Origin: an uncultured Chloroflexia bacterium
Lineage (GTDB): Bacteria; Chloroflexota; Limnocylindria; Limnocylindrales; CSP1-4
Length of the DNA stretch: 28,928 nt
Direction: 5' to 3'
Assembly (NCBI GenBank): GCA_963752475.1
Contig: CAVVYR010000023.1
Coordinates: forward strand, 1-28,928
Shown piece after piece: positions 1 to 10,629 of this stretch. The position numbers and the translations under genes were made by a program. Position 1 is the first letter of the stretch. Each line of letters opens with the position of its first letter. The notes below the pieces were generated by a model. That model saw only the letters and a program-made list of their open reading frames with translations, searched no databases and had not been told where the DNA came from.

Positions 1-68
1 CCGACCTCGGCCGAAGGCGGTGTACCTCGCCCTCTGCCCTAGTCGTCAAGAGCAGGGGGTAACGCCTG

Positions 69-1285
69 GTGATCCGCAACCGTCTTCTCAGCTCCGTCAT
101 CGCTGCCGGCATGCTCGTCGTGCTACCGGCCCAGCCCTGGCACAGGAGCCCATCGAGCTCGAATCCACCGACTGGGCACTGCGTGAGCTACTTCGACGAG
201 GAGGTCGGCGAGCCCGCTGATGGTGCCCTTCGAGGTGAACTCGCTGCGGTTGCAGGACGGCATGGCGTCCGGTTCGGGGGGTGCAACCAGTTCAGCGGGA
301 GCTACGAGATCGACGGCAGCTCGCTTCGCCTTCGGCGGAGGAGATGTCCGTCACGCTCGCCCTCTGCGAAGACCCGGCGCAGGCGATCGAGGATATCTAC
401 CTCGCGACGCTCGGAAGGGTCGGCGGCTGGTCCACCGCGGCACGGATGGAGCTCCTACGACGACCTCGGGGACCTCATCCTCGCCTTCGAGGTGCCGGGC
501 ATGGCCTGGACACCGACCAGGGCCGCGATGACCATGCCGAGCCACGCCGAGCGACCTACGCGCCGAGATCGCCAGGCTGCGCACCGACACCGAGTATCTC
601 AACGTGCCCAGGCTGCGCGAGCGCATCAAGGTCCTCGAGGCCGAGGACAAGGAGCTCAACGAGCGACTCGGCCCAGCTCGAGTCCACACCGGCCGTCGAC
701 CCAAGCCAGGTCCCGCAGGCATCGGCCTCGATTCATTTCGGCGGCCGAGAAGGTCCTGCTCAGGGGCATCCCTACGCGCATCGCCAACTACTGCAGCCCG
801 CTGCGGTCGTCGCTGCCCAGGGCACGCGGGCCGCGGTGACCTGCAGGCCCAAGACGAAGGTGGTCTCGAGCGTCGACTACTACCTGCTGGAGGGCAACGC
901 GCGGCCACGGCCGTTCGGGGCCGGTGATGGGATACGTTCAACGTGCCCGAAGCAGTCGGGCGGCGGACCAGACCTGCGAAGAGGGCGTCAAGTCCCGGCG
1001 GCAGATGGGTCGGCAACGGCTGGCAGGCCGAGGGCTGCTACCGGGACGAACAGTCGCGCAGTTGCGCTTCATCGACAACGCTACCGACGTGCAAGAAGCT
1101 CAAGGTCGGTGGCAAGACGATCGCCAGCCCGGCCGTCTACATCGCCCTGCAGGGCACCGACAATGACGTGGCCGCTGTCTACGCCTGGGCGACCAAGAAC
1201 CTTGACCAGGGATCCGGCCAGCTGACCTCGCATCACCCAGCCCATCCCCTCGAACCTGGGCACCTCGCCGTCCTGCCCGACCTGA
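69..1285 (+). CDS. Secreted META (HslJ-like) domain protein with coiled-coil linker and Cys-containing C-terminal domain; several frameshifts
   Basis: Stitched across frames: signal peptide MIRNRLLSSVIAAGMLVVLP..ALAQ, then ELESTDWAL, LRLQDGMASGSGGCNQFSGSYEIDGSSLRF, MSVTLALCEDPAQAIEDIYLATL (META pattern G..GCN.F.G.Y ... T..AC). Followed by RERIKVLEAEDKELNERL and ends ITQPIPSNLGTSPSCPT* at TGA 1283-1285. Confidence 0.7.
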
Positions 1286-1363
1286 CCCGCGGCAGCACGC
1301 ACGCCGCGAGTACCGTGGTCACGAGGCGCATCGGTCAGCAAACACCGGGGAGGTGCAGACGAC

Positions 1364-2229
1364 ATGGCGACCAAGAAGGCCAGGGCAGACAAGCAGGAAG
1401 TCGAGGGGCAAGGCGGCCAAGAAGCGCGAGGCCGCTGCGCCGCCTCCGAAGGCCCCGGGCCTGCCCAAGAAGGTCTACGAGACGAGCTGGCCAAGCTGCA
1501 GATCGAGCTGGTCAAGATGCAGGAGTGGATCCGCGCGCGCGGCCTGAAGGTGGTCATCCTCTTCGAGGGCCGCGACGCCGCCGGCAAGGGCGGCTCCATC
1601 AAGCGCATCACCCAGAGCCTCAATCCTCGCGTCGCCCGCGTGGTGGCCCTGCCCGCGCCGACCGAGCGCGAGAAGACGCAGTGGTACTTCCAGCGCTACG
1701 TGCCGCACCTGCCGGCGGCCGGCGAGATGGTGCTCTTCGACCGCAGCTGGTACAACCGCGCCGGCGTCGACCGGGTCATGGGCTTCGCCACCGAGGACGA
1801 GGTCGAGGAGTTCTTCCGCTCCTGCCCGGAGTTCGAGCGCATGCTGGTGCGCTCGGGGATCATCCTCATCAAGTACTGGTTCTCGGTCAGCGACGCCGAG
1901 CAGGAGGCGCGCTTCCAGGCGCGCATCGACGATCCCACCAAGCGCTGGAAGCTGTGGCCCATGGACCTGCAGTCACGCGCCCGCTGGGTGGAGTACTCCA
2001 AGGCCAAGGACGAGATGTTCCGCCACACCGACATCAAGCAGGCACCCTGGTACGTGGTCAACGCCGACAGCAAGCGCCGGGCGCGCCTCAACGTCATCAA
2101 GCACCTGCTCTCGCTGATCCCCTACGAGGACCTGACGCCCGACCCCATCGCCCTGCCGCCGCGCGAGCCGGACAAGGGCTACGTCGCCCGCCCATCGACG
2201 AGCAGTCCTTCATCCCCGAGCCCTACTAG
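1364..2229 (+). CDS. ppk2: Polyphosphate kinase 2 (frameshifts near both ends)
   Basis: FEGRDAAGKGGSIKR Walker A, EREKTQWYFQRY, LFDRSWYNR, KRWKL.PMD. SD GGAGG upstream of ATG 1364. C-terminus RPPIDEQSFIPEPY* in the shifted frame ends at 2229. Confidence 0.93.
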
Positions 2230-2237
2230 GCGCTCCC

Positions 2238-3173
2238 GTGCCGGGCAGCCTCGTGATCATCAACCCGCACGCCTCCAAGGGCGGGGACCGAACACGCTCG
2301 CTGCGCTGACCGAGCGGGTCGGCGAGGTGCTCAGCGAGCGTGACGGGGCCCCGCCAGTATCGTCAAGACCGGCGTTCGGCCGACGGAGGTCAGGCCGCTC
2401 GGGCACGGAGGCGCTCGGCGGAGGGCGTGACCTCGGTCATCGGCGTCGGCGGCGACGGCACCATGCGCGACATCGCGTCGGTCATCGCGGGCACGGCCGT
2501 GCCGCTGGGCATCATCCCGGCCGGTACAGGCAACCAGGTGGCGGCCGTGCTCGGCATCCCCCTTTCGCCGCTGCCGGCTGCGGAGGGCGCTGGGGACCGC
2601 CATCGAGCGGACGGTCGACCTCGGCGAGGTCTCCGTCGAGCTCGAGGGGGGGGCGGCGGACCGACTCGACGTTCATCATCGGCTGCGGCTGCTGGGTTCG
2701 ATGCCGAGCTCATGGCGGCCACGTCGGCGGCCACAAGCGCCGCCTCGGGCGGCGGCCTACTTCGTACACGGCGCGCGGCTGGCCTGCGGCTCACGGCCAC
2801 GCCCTGTCGCGTGACCGTCGACGGCGAGCTGATCGAGCCGCCGCCACGGCCGTGCTCATCGGCAACATGGGCCAGCTCGTGCCAGGCCGTCTCGGCCTGC
2901 GCCTGCCGCTCGAGCCGGGCGACGGTTTGCTCGACCTCATCGTCGTCGCGCCTCCAATCCGGTCTGCGGGCTGCGCGACCTGGCCGACCAGCTGCGCCGC
3001 ACCGGGGCTCGGTGGCGGCTCCGGCGACGGGAGCATCCGGCGACGAGGCCACAAATCCGAATCGAGCCGGAGCGGCCGCTGGCCCCTCGAGGTCGACGGT
3101 GACCACGTCGGCAGGGCGGCTCGAGGCCCGAATCCGCCCGGGCGCGCTGCAGGTGCTGGTGCCAGCGACCTGA
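2238..3173 (+). CDS. Diacylglycerol kinase family (YegS/DagK-like) lipid kinase, frameshifted
   Basis: GTG start MPGSLVIINPHASK; VIGVGGDGTM, LGIIPAGTGNQVA, GFDAELM, VLIGNMG, GDGLLDLIVV, LEVDGD, IRPGALQVLVP. Confidence 0.85.
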
Positions 3174-3176
3174 GAG

Positions 3177-4000
3177 TCAGCCGCCGCAGTCGATCTCCTT
3201 GGGCGCAGACCATGACTGGGCCGCGGCCCGCACGTCGTACTCCACAGTGACGACCAGGAGCTGGCCCAGACCTCGCTGCCGCCCGTCTCCGCCCAGAAAG
3301 TCAGAGACTCAGTCGCACTCCCTGCCGCTGATGGGCAGCTGCTCTTGCGGCAGCCCGCCCTGGACTCCGAGCAAGTCGACCGGTCCGTCCGTCGACTTGG
3401 CGCATCACTCCTCCTCGATGCCTTCAGCGGTGGTTTCGAGCAGCTCCAGGCAGACTCGGCCACGGCCAGCCAATCGTCGTCGGGGGGCCGTACATCGCCC
3501 ACGCACTGCAACAGATAGCGCGAGTCACCGAGTCCAAGCAGGTACGTGGTGGTGTAGTCGCTGGTGGGCTCGTTGTAGATGACGAAGCGGTAGGCCTCGC
3601 CGGCCGGCAGCGATACGGAGTCAGTCTCGATGGTCGAAATCACGTCCGTCGAGGTTCGGCGTCATCAAGGCTTCGAAGCGCTGGGCGGTGCATCCATCGT
3701 TTGCGGGAAGGTCGGATACCAGGAGGTCGCACCAGGGCCGCCGCCGTCGCTGGCGTACATCAGCTCCCAGAAGGGGACCGGATCCTCGGCGAGGCCCTCG
3801 TCGTAGAGGCCCCAGTCCTCCCGCTGGCGCATCTCGATGTCGGCGGACCAATCCGCCGGCACGGAGAGCGCGACGCCAGCCTCGGGGACGGAGATCCGCT
3901 GGGTCTCACCTCCGTCGGTCGCGTGGTCCTGCGCGACCACCACAGCAACATGACCGACGAGCAAGCCGGTCAACAGCAGAGACGTGCAGCCACGTCGCAT
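3177..4000 (-). CDS. Secreted hypothetical protein (frameshifted)
   Basis: Signal-like N-terminus MRRGCTSLLLTGLLVGHVAVVVAQ, then QRISVPEAGVALSVPADW. Protein-like sequence continues in a shifted frame (GEAYRFVIYNEPTSDYTTTYLLG..YLLQC). The 3' end is uncertain; TGA at 3177-3179 was chosen. Confidence 0.55.
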
Positions 4001-4052
4001 CGCTCTTCCCCCCTATGCGTTCTGCCCATCGTCGACCCCCGACGGAGGGCCG

Positions 4053-6258
4053 TCAATACCGAAGAAGCGCCGGGGCCCTCGATGGACCCCGGCGCATCCT
4101 GTGTGCTGCTGGTTCGGGACCAGCCGCCGAGGTTCGGCCAGGTGATGTGATACAGCCGTCAGGACCCTCGGTCACGACGCGCTCGCCGAGTGCGGCCGCA
4201 TCGGCCAGGCTCGGACCGCGCGCGATGAGTTCGAGGAACTCATCGCTGCCGACCTCGACGACAGGGGCGTCGGTGCCGGCTTCGTAGTCGTCGCGCGTCC
4301 ACGTGTCGTCGACGAAGTAGTAGGAGTGCGAACCCACGACCTGGTCGTCATAATCGTGTTGGCCCGGAACTCGGCCTCGTCGCGCATTCACCCACGGATT
4401 TGGCGCCTGCACCGCGAAGCCACCCGAGGCCGGCGCACTCGCGACTGCCTCGGCCTCGGCCATGGCCATCTCGAGCATGCCGTCGTCGCCGTCGGCCGCG
4501 AACAACCGTCGTGATCGGGCTCCTCGGCCAGATAGGCCGTGTAGGGGGTCACGATGCCGAACTGGTTGGCGATCTCCACGACCTCCTCGACCAGCGTGTC
4601 ACGGACGCCTTCGATGCGCAGCTCGGTCATGAGGTCGGCACGCGGCGCTGGGCCCATAGCTGGGAGATGGCGGGATCGTCGGTGTCGCGCTCGGGGAAGA
4701 GGACGTCGTAGGCGAACGTCTCGGGTCCATCGCGGAGCTGCCGGTGATGTGACGGTGGCCTCGCCGGCGCCGTCGTAGCGGCCCGCGAGCAACGCCTGGC
4801 TGCCGGCGAAGATGCCGGGGACGCCGGCCGGAGCCATGTCGAAGGTGTCGACGCCGTCGATGACGATCTCGATATCGGCCAGGACGGCGTCGAGACCATC
4901 TCCCACAAGCGAGCGACCTCGGTATCGATGCGCTGCTCGGGAGTGACGTAGTGGCTGGAGCCGGTGAATTCGGTCGCCAGCGCGTCGAGCAAGACGGTGT
5001 CCACGTCGTAGCCCACGCCGAAGGCGAAGAGCTGCGTGCGCTCGGGCGCGTTGCGCTCGACCAGCTCGAGGATGCCCTCGGCCGACTCGATGCCGACCGT
5101 GGCCAGACCGTCGGTCAGGAACACGATGGTAGCCGGGCGCTCCCCGTCGAGGAACTCCATGGCCGTCTCGAGAGCACCGCTGATGTTGGTGTGCCGCCGG
5201 CGCTCAGGTCGCGCACGTAGTCGATGCCCTCGTCGGCATCGGAGGCGGGATGGAGCTCGTCCGCGAACGTGCGGATGTAGCGGGAGAAGTCGACCATCGC
5301 GAAGCGGTCGTCCGCGCCCAGGTTGTCGAGCACGTACTCGGCCGCGTCACGGGCCTGGCTCATCTTCTCGCCCTCCATCGATCCGGAGCGGTCGAGCACC
5401 AGCACCACGTCGCGCGCGACAGTCTCGTCGAGTTCGACCACGGGTGCGAAGAGAAGGTTGAAGTAGCCGTCGTCGCCCGACTCTCGGTAAGTCAGGAGGC
5501 GGGTATCGATGAGGCCTTCGCCCCCTGAGAGGTAAAGGCGGAAGTCGGTGCCGGGGGTCCAATCGTCGGCTGACTCCCAGCCGACGCCGATCCCACCCGC
5601 GCCACGCCGCTCCTCGTCGAGGTCGAAGCCGGGCGCGATGGCCGAGCGGACCTCCCAAGGCACGTCACGTCGACACTCACCATCCCGCTCGCGGGACGTG
5701 GCGACATGCCCGACCAGGGCACCTCCACGATGGCCTGCTCGCCCTCGGCCAGCAGCGGCGTGGTCACGGTGAAGCTGACCGAACGCTCTTCACCCGCAGG
5801 CACGGGGAAGGCCCGCACCTCGTACAGGTCGCCCTCGAGCGAGCGCAGCAACGCGGGGTCGATGAGACGACGGACGATGTCCTCGTAGATGCGCGTGGCA
5901 TCGTCGGAGTCGAGCAGCTTGCCCTCCAGGGTCTCGGGGCCACCGGAGAGCACGAGGTCGGTCACCGAGCTGCCGGCCGGGACCGGGAAGACGATGCGGC
6001 CCTCGGCGCCTGGGCCACCGCGGCCGGGCTCTGCCGGGTTCGAGAATCGAAGCGATAGCGGGCGATGCTCACGCCATCGTTGACCTCGATGCCGGCCTCG
6101 ATACCGTCGAGCTGTGCCATCTCCGTCACCGGCCACCAGCAGCCAGGACAGTCGGGCGGCATCGGCGGCTCGATGATGACGTCTTGCGCGCGGCCGGCGG
6201 CCGGTAGCAGGAACAGCGCCGCCAGCGCGATGACGATGATCCGGGACAGGGAACGCAT
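4053..6258 (-). CDS. Secreted VIT (vault inter-alpha-trypsin) + vWA domain protein; several frameshifts, exact stop uncertain
   Basis: Signal peptide MRSLSRIIVIALAALFLLPAAGRAQ. VIT segment AEGRIVFPVPAGSSVTDL..ATRIYEDIVRRLIDPALL..VFPVPAGEERSV. vWA MIDAS motifs VVLVLDRSGSM, IVFLTDG, LFAFGVGYDVD. Later LWAQRR and FGIVTPYTAYL motifs. Confidence 0.85.
4067..4095 (-). terminator. Possible intrinsic terminator after the VIT-vWA gene
   Basis: On the minus strand GCGCCGGGGTCC-ATCGA-GGGCCCCGGCGC forms a GC hairpin followed by TTCTTC. Confidence 0.4.
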
Positions 6259-6288
6259 GGTCGTACCTCTTTGCGGTGGGTACGGCTA

Positions 6289-6315
6289 TGACGTCGGCGG
6301 CACCGCTGCGGTTCC
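6289..6315 (-). promoter_or_regulatory. ECF sigma-factor-type promoter upstream of the VIT-vWA gene
   Basis: Minus strand GGAACC-N16-CGTCA, about 30 nt upstream of ATG 6258, with SD AAGAGG in between. Matches the generic ECF GGAAC/CGTC pattern. Confidence 0.55.
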
Positions 6316-6316
6316 T

Positions 6317-7162
6317 TCAGCTGGTGCGTGGAGGCCCCAGGCGGATGAAATCACGTAGCTCGGCCACGCTCATGCGGCCGGGGTAGATGTGCTCGTGCCA
6401 CCAGGTCACACCGGCCTCGGCGTACGGGGCCACGAGCCTGGAGTCAGCCTCGGGCTCGCCGCTGAGCAGCCCGGCATGGACGAGGTCGAACGGACCGTCG
6501 TCCTGGCGCTCGGCCTCGACGAAGGCCCTCACCTCCGATATCTCCTCGGCTGTCATCTGGTACTCGAAGCCGGCTCCGGCCTTGAGGGGGAAGACGCCAT
6601 CCCAAGCGGCCGCACGACGCATGGGACGTCGGTTGGGCCAGGTACCGGCGACCCAGATCGGGATCCGCGGCCGCTGCAGCGGGCGTGGCAGGAACGGCTC
6701 CGTGACGGCATGGATATACTCGCCCTCGAAGTCGACGGGCTCACCCGACCAGAGTCGGTCGAGCAAGGCCAGGCTCTCGTCGAGGATGCGGGCACGGATC
6801 CGCGGATCGGCCTCATCGCCGAAGGCCGCGAACTCGCGCTCGTCGTTGGCGCCCAGCCCGACGCCCAGGATGAGTCGGCCACCGGAGAGGTGGTCCAGAG
6901 CCACGGTCTCGCGAGCCAGCTTGGTCATCCGGCGGCGCGCCAGGGGCGTGACCATCGGACCCAGGATGAGGCGCTCGGTACGGACAGCCGCGGCCGACAG
7001 GGCGATCCAGGGATCGGTCACCTCGGGCTCGTGATCGGTCGCGAGGTAATCCCACAGGAAGAAGCCGTCCCAGCCTGCACCCTCCGCGGCCACCGCGACG
7101 TCCGCCAGCAGATCGGGGTCGGCATACTCCCCGAAGATCGACAGGTCCAAGCCGAAGCGCAT
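6317..7162 (-). CDS. LLM class flavin-dependent oxidoreductase (luciferase-like)
   Basis: MRFGL..AEGAGWDGFFLWD, DPWIALSAAAVRTERLILGPMVTPL, LDHLSGGRLILGVGLG, PRPLQRPRIPIWVAG. Confidence 0.92.
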   Translation of the reverse strand: MRFGLDLSIFGEYADPDLLADVAVAAEGAGWDGFFLWDYLATDHEPEVTDPWIALSAAAVRTERLILGPMVTPLARRRMTKLARETVALDHLSGGRLILGVGLGANDEREFAAFGDEADPRIRARILDESLALLDRLWSGEPVDFEGEYIHAVTEPFLPRPLQRPRIPIWVAGTWPNRRPMRRAAAWDGVFPLKAGAGFEYQMTAEEISEVRAFVEAERQDDGPFDLVHAGLLSGEPEADSRLVAPYAEAGVTWWHEHIYPGRMSVAELRDFIRLGPPRTS

Positions 7163-7231
7163 GTTGCATCCTTTGGGTTCAGGTGGATCGTTCGCTCTGC
7201 TCGAGTGTGATGCACCGGCGAAGAGCGAAGG

Positions 7232-7609
7232 TCAGGGCGCGTCCTCTCGCAGCTGGACGAAGACGCCGCGGGATGGCTCCTCGCCGACGACGCGCGTGAC
7301 GTGGCCGGTGCCGCTCAGGTCCTCGAGCAGCGCGACGTCGCCGGGGCCCATGTGACGGATCTGGCCGTCGCCGACCTCGACCTCCAAGCGGCCGCCGAGG
7401 TTGAAGTAGAGCTGCCGTCGGGGGCTGGGGTGCCAGTCACCGAACCAGCCGGCCGGGAACTCGAAGAGGAGCGCGCGCTCCGCGGGCAACGGCGCCGAGA
7501 CATCGAACGGCGGCGCGGGTGGCGCGAAGTCGGCGGGCTCGAGAGCGATGTCGATGTCCTCGAAGTGCGAGGTGCCGCCGTCATCAGCCCAGATGCGGGT
7601 GACCCTCAC
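7232..7609 (-). CDS. Cupin domain protein
   Basis: RIWADDGGTSHFED, DWHPSPRRQLYFNLGGRLEVEVGDG, GDVALLEDLSGTGHVTRV (cupin motifs). GTG start chosen at 7609. Confidence 0.8.
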   Translation of the reverse strand: MRVTRIWADDGGTSHFEDIDIALEPADFAPPAPPFDVSAPLPAERALLFEFPAGWFGDWHPSPRRQLYFNLGGRLEVEVGDGQIRHMGPGDVALLEDLSGTGHVTRVVGEEPSRGVFVQLREDAP

Positions 7610-7616
7610 GGCAGCG

Positions 7617-8327
7617 TCATCGGCTGAAAGCGGGGTGTCCCGCGTCGAGGACCTCGGCATAGACCGTGGACGGCGCAGCGTACGAGCCCAGGAGCGCCTC
7701 CAGGTCACGGACCGCCCGGTCGATGTCGTCGGGCGCGGCGTCGTGGTGACCCTCGATGGTGATGAGGACCTCGGCCGTGTCCTCGCGTGCCGCGCTCGCC
7801 TTCGATTGGCGCCAGCACCAACGGCGCGCGCTCACGCGCTCATCGTCGTCGCTGAAGATGACCTCGCCCGGCTCCGGGTGGGCCGTCTGGCTCGAGCCGA
7901 GGTCGGCCCAGGCCTCCCCGCCATGGGCCAGGCGCACCGTCGTGCCGCCGCTCACGTCGCGCTGATCGAAGACCGCCACCGGCAGGGCATAGCGGATGCT
8001 GACGAGGTTGGCCAGGTCGACAAGGGCGTTGACCGAGGGCAGCTCGCCCTCCTTGGTGAGGCGCCGCAGCAAGGCCTCGGCAGCCGAGCGGTACTTGGTG
8101 GGGTTGACGCCGAAGCCGCGGAACACGCCGCGCCAGGCAGCCAGGGTCGGCAGCTCCGAAAGCGGCGTCTCACCGATGCGCTCGCGCACCGAGGCCTGCT
8201 CGGCGTGGAAGGCCGCGCTGAGCTCGGCAGGGGCGGGACGGTTCCTTACGCCGTCTGCGTGGATGACCCCGCCGACGACATTCGGGAACCGCTCGAGGAC
8301 CTCGTGGTCGTAGCCGAACCGCGCCAT
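7617..8327 (-). CDS. Stand-alone B3/4 domain protein (PheT editing-domain-like)
   Basis: AWRGVFRGFGVNPTKYRSAAEALLRR, LPSVNALVDLANLVS..LPVAVFD, EPGEVIFSDD, RRWCWRQS. Confidence 0.88.
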   Translation of the reverse strand: MARFGYDHEVLERFPNVVGGVIHADGVRNRPAPAELSAAFHAEQASVRERIGETPLSELPTLAAWRGVFRGFGVNPTKYRSAAEALLRRLTKEGELPSVNALVDLANLVSIRYALPVAVFDQRDVSGGTTVRLAHGGEAWADLGSSQTAHPEPGEVIFSDDDERVSARRWCWRQSKASAAREDTAEVLITIEGHHDAAPDDIDRAVRDLEALLGSYAAPSTVYAEVLDAGHPAFSR

Positions 8328-8344
8328 GCCCAGAGTCTAATGGG

Positions 8345-9682
8345 CTAGCTCGACGCCTCGCGACCCGCCACGATGTCGGTCGGGGCCTTGCCCTGCAGCG
8401 CATGAGCGGCCATCACGGCGGCGCCGAAGGCCGTCGTCTCAGGTTCGGTCACGCGAGCCATCGGCCGCTCGTAGGCCGCGCTGCGCAACTCGCGCCAGAA
8501 GGGAACGCGCGTGGGATGTCCGGCTGCGAGCACCAGCTCGTAGGGCCGCCCGGAGGCAGCTTCGAGCTTCGCGATGATGGCCGCCGAGCGCTGCGCCAAC
8601 CCCTCGAGCACGGCGCGCATGACGGTCGCGCGGTCGGCGTCGTAGGGCACGGCATCGAGGCGACCGAGACGCAGGTCGTCGGTGACTTCGAAGCCGACGC
8701 CACTGCTGTCCGCTCTGGCCACCGCTTCGTACATGGCCTCGTCCTCCACGCCATCGAAGAGCAGTGCCCGCCACTGCTGGAAGAAGTGCCCGGAGTGGAT
8801 GTTGATGTGGGCGTACCAGGTGTCGTCGTCGACGTAGCAGCCCTGATCGATGCCCCTGGCAGCCTCGCCCTCGAGGGGCGCCTTCAGCAACGACAGGTGC
8901 GCCTCCGAGGTACCCGCCGAGAGATAGAGCTCTCGCGTCGAGCGCACGCCGGCGCCGTAGGCACCGCAGAGGTGATCGTGACCACCGCTCACGAGGGCTG
9001 TTCCCGGTGGCAGGCCGACCTGCTGCGCCAACACGGGATCGAACTCACCGATGACGGTCCGTCCTGGGACGAGGCGCGGCCACCTCAGGTCGATGGCCGT
9101 AGCTTCGATGGTGGCCCGGTCCCAGGTCCGCTCGACGATGTCGAAGGCACCGGCACGAGAGGCGTGTGACCAGTCCATCACGAGGTCGGCGCCCAGGCCG
9201 TGCAGCACGTAGTCGCCGAGGTCGGTCCAGGTCACGGCGCGTTCCAGCGTCTCCGGCCGCTGGTCGCGGATCCAGAGCAGCTTGAAGAGCGAGAACGTGG
9301 CGTCAGGCGGCCAGCGGTGCGTGAGCGGCAGCTCACCTCCCGGCCCACGCATGAAGGTGGCGGCCTCTGCGAGCCCTCGAGGGTCGTACCAGGTGATGGT
9401 GTCGTCGGTGGGCCGACCCTCGGCATCGAGCAGCACGACCTCCTCACCCACGCTGGCGACGCAGAGCGCATCGACCGAAGCCCCGGCCGGCAGCCGGCGG
9501 ACGGTGGAGCCCATCATTTGCAGGACGGTCTCGAGCACCTGCGCCGGACGATGGGCCTCGCCGGCATCGTCGCGCAGCACCGGGGTGGAGGCGGACTCGA
9601 CCGCCAGCGTTCGGCCGGTCCCGATCTCGAGCGCCAGGACCTTCGTGTGCGTAGTGCCCACGTCGATCCCCAGGGTGATCAT
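8345..9682 (-). CDS. FGGY-family carbohydrate kinase (xylulokinase/fuculokinase-like)
   Basis: LGIDVGTTHTK, ITWYDPRG, KLLWIRD, GGHDHLCGA, SAGTSE, RAVLEG, ETTAFGAAVMA. Confidence 0.9.
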   Translation of the reverse strand: MITLGIDVGTTHTKVLALEIGTGRTLAVESASTPVLRDDAGEAHRPAQVLETVLQMMGSTVRRLPAGASVDALCVASVGEEVVLLDAEGRPTDDTITWYDPRGLAEAATFMRGPGGELPLTHRWPPDATFSLFKLLWIRDQRPETLERAVTWTDLGDYVLHGLGADLVMDWSHASRAGAFDIVERTWDRATIEATAIDLRWPRLVPGRTVIGEFDPVLAQQVGLPPGTALVSGGHDHLCGAYGAGVRSTRELYLSAGTSEAHLSLLKAPLEGEAARGIDQGCYVDDDTWYAHINIHSGHFFQQWRALLFDGVEDEAMYEAVARADSSGVGFEVTDDLRLGRLDAVPYDADRATVMRAVLEGLAQRSAAIIAKLEAASGRPYELVLAAGHPTRVPFWRELRSAAYERPMARVTEPETTAFGAAVMAAHALQGKAPTDIVAGREASS

Positions 9683-10629
9683 CGGTCGGATACCTGCTCG
9701 ACCCGAACGCGAGCCCGCCAGGCCTCACGCTCGAAGTCGGGTGGCAGCTCGGGGGGCAGATGCGTAGCCCCGGACGTGCCGCAGGCGACACCGAGCGCGA
9801 TCGCGTCACGCGGGGCCAGCCCTTCCTCGATGCCCACGACCAGACCGGCCAGGAAAGATCCCCGGAGCCGGTCGGGTTGACCTCCTCGATCTGGGGCGCG
9901 ACGGCATGCACGACGCCGTCGCCATCGGCCAGCAACGCACCCTCGGCGCCCATGGTCACGACCACGACCTCGATCCCGTGCTCACGGATGCGCTGCATCT
10001 CGGCGCCCAGCTCGACGATACCCATCGGTGCGTCGGGATCGGCGGCACCCAACAGCTCCAGCAGCTCGCGGCGGTTGCACTTGAGCATCCATGGCCGGCT
10101 GGCGAAGGCCACGCGCAGCGCCTCGCTATGGATGTCGACGACCGTGCGCGATCCGGCTGTGCGGCCGATCTCGACGGATCTCGGCCACGACGCTGGCTGG
10201 CACGCTGTCGGGCAGGCTGCCAGAGATGACGAGCAGGTCGTCCGCGGCAGCGTCGGCCAGGATGTCATCGAGGAGGCGGCCGATCTCGGCTTCTGTCACG
10301 GCCGGGCCGGGCTCGTTGAGCACGGTCGTCCGTTCGGCATCGGGCTCGACGACGACGAAGCAGACGCGGGTGCCGGCAGCGATGGTCGTGTGGCGATCCT
10401 CGACCCCATCGGCGGCGATAAATCCGCGCAGCGACTCACCCACGTCGCCACCGAGGAACCCATAGGCCGCGGCCGACGCTCCCAGGCGCAAGGCGGCCCG
10501 GGCCACGTTGAAGCCCTTGCCGCCGGGGACCACCGAGACCTGCACCGCCCGGTTGACCGCGCCCAGTCGGAGCGGCGGCCAGGTCGAGATGCGGTCCATG
10601 GCCGGGTTGGCGCCGACGACGCGGATCAT
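9679..10629 (-). CDS. PfkB-family 1-phosphofructokinase/LacC-like hexose kinase (frameshifted)
   Basis: NPAMDR, PGGKGFNVA, ISGSLP, LKCNRRE, VVTMGAEGA, NPTGSGD. ATGA overlaps with both neighbouring genes. Confidence 0.85.

Noticed and set aside
1364-3250. Apparent 628-aa PPK2 fusion ORF
   Set aside because: Artefact of a frameshift near 2185. The real ppk2 stop is at 2229 and the DAGK gene starts separately at 2238.
69-6258. Many frameshifts suggesting a pseudogene cluster or programmed frameshifting (also 9.7-10.3 kb and 26.8-28.9 kb)
   Set aside because: Single-base indels hit unrelated, otherwise well-conserved genes and cluster by position, while 10.6-26.8 kb is clean. This pattern fits long-read consensus error better.
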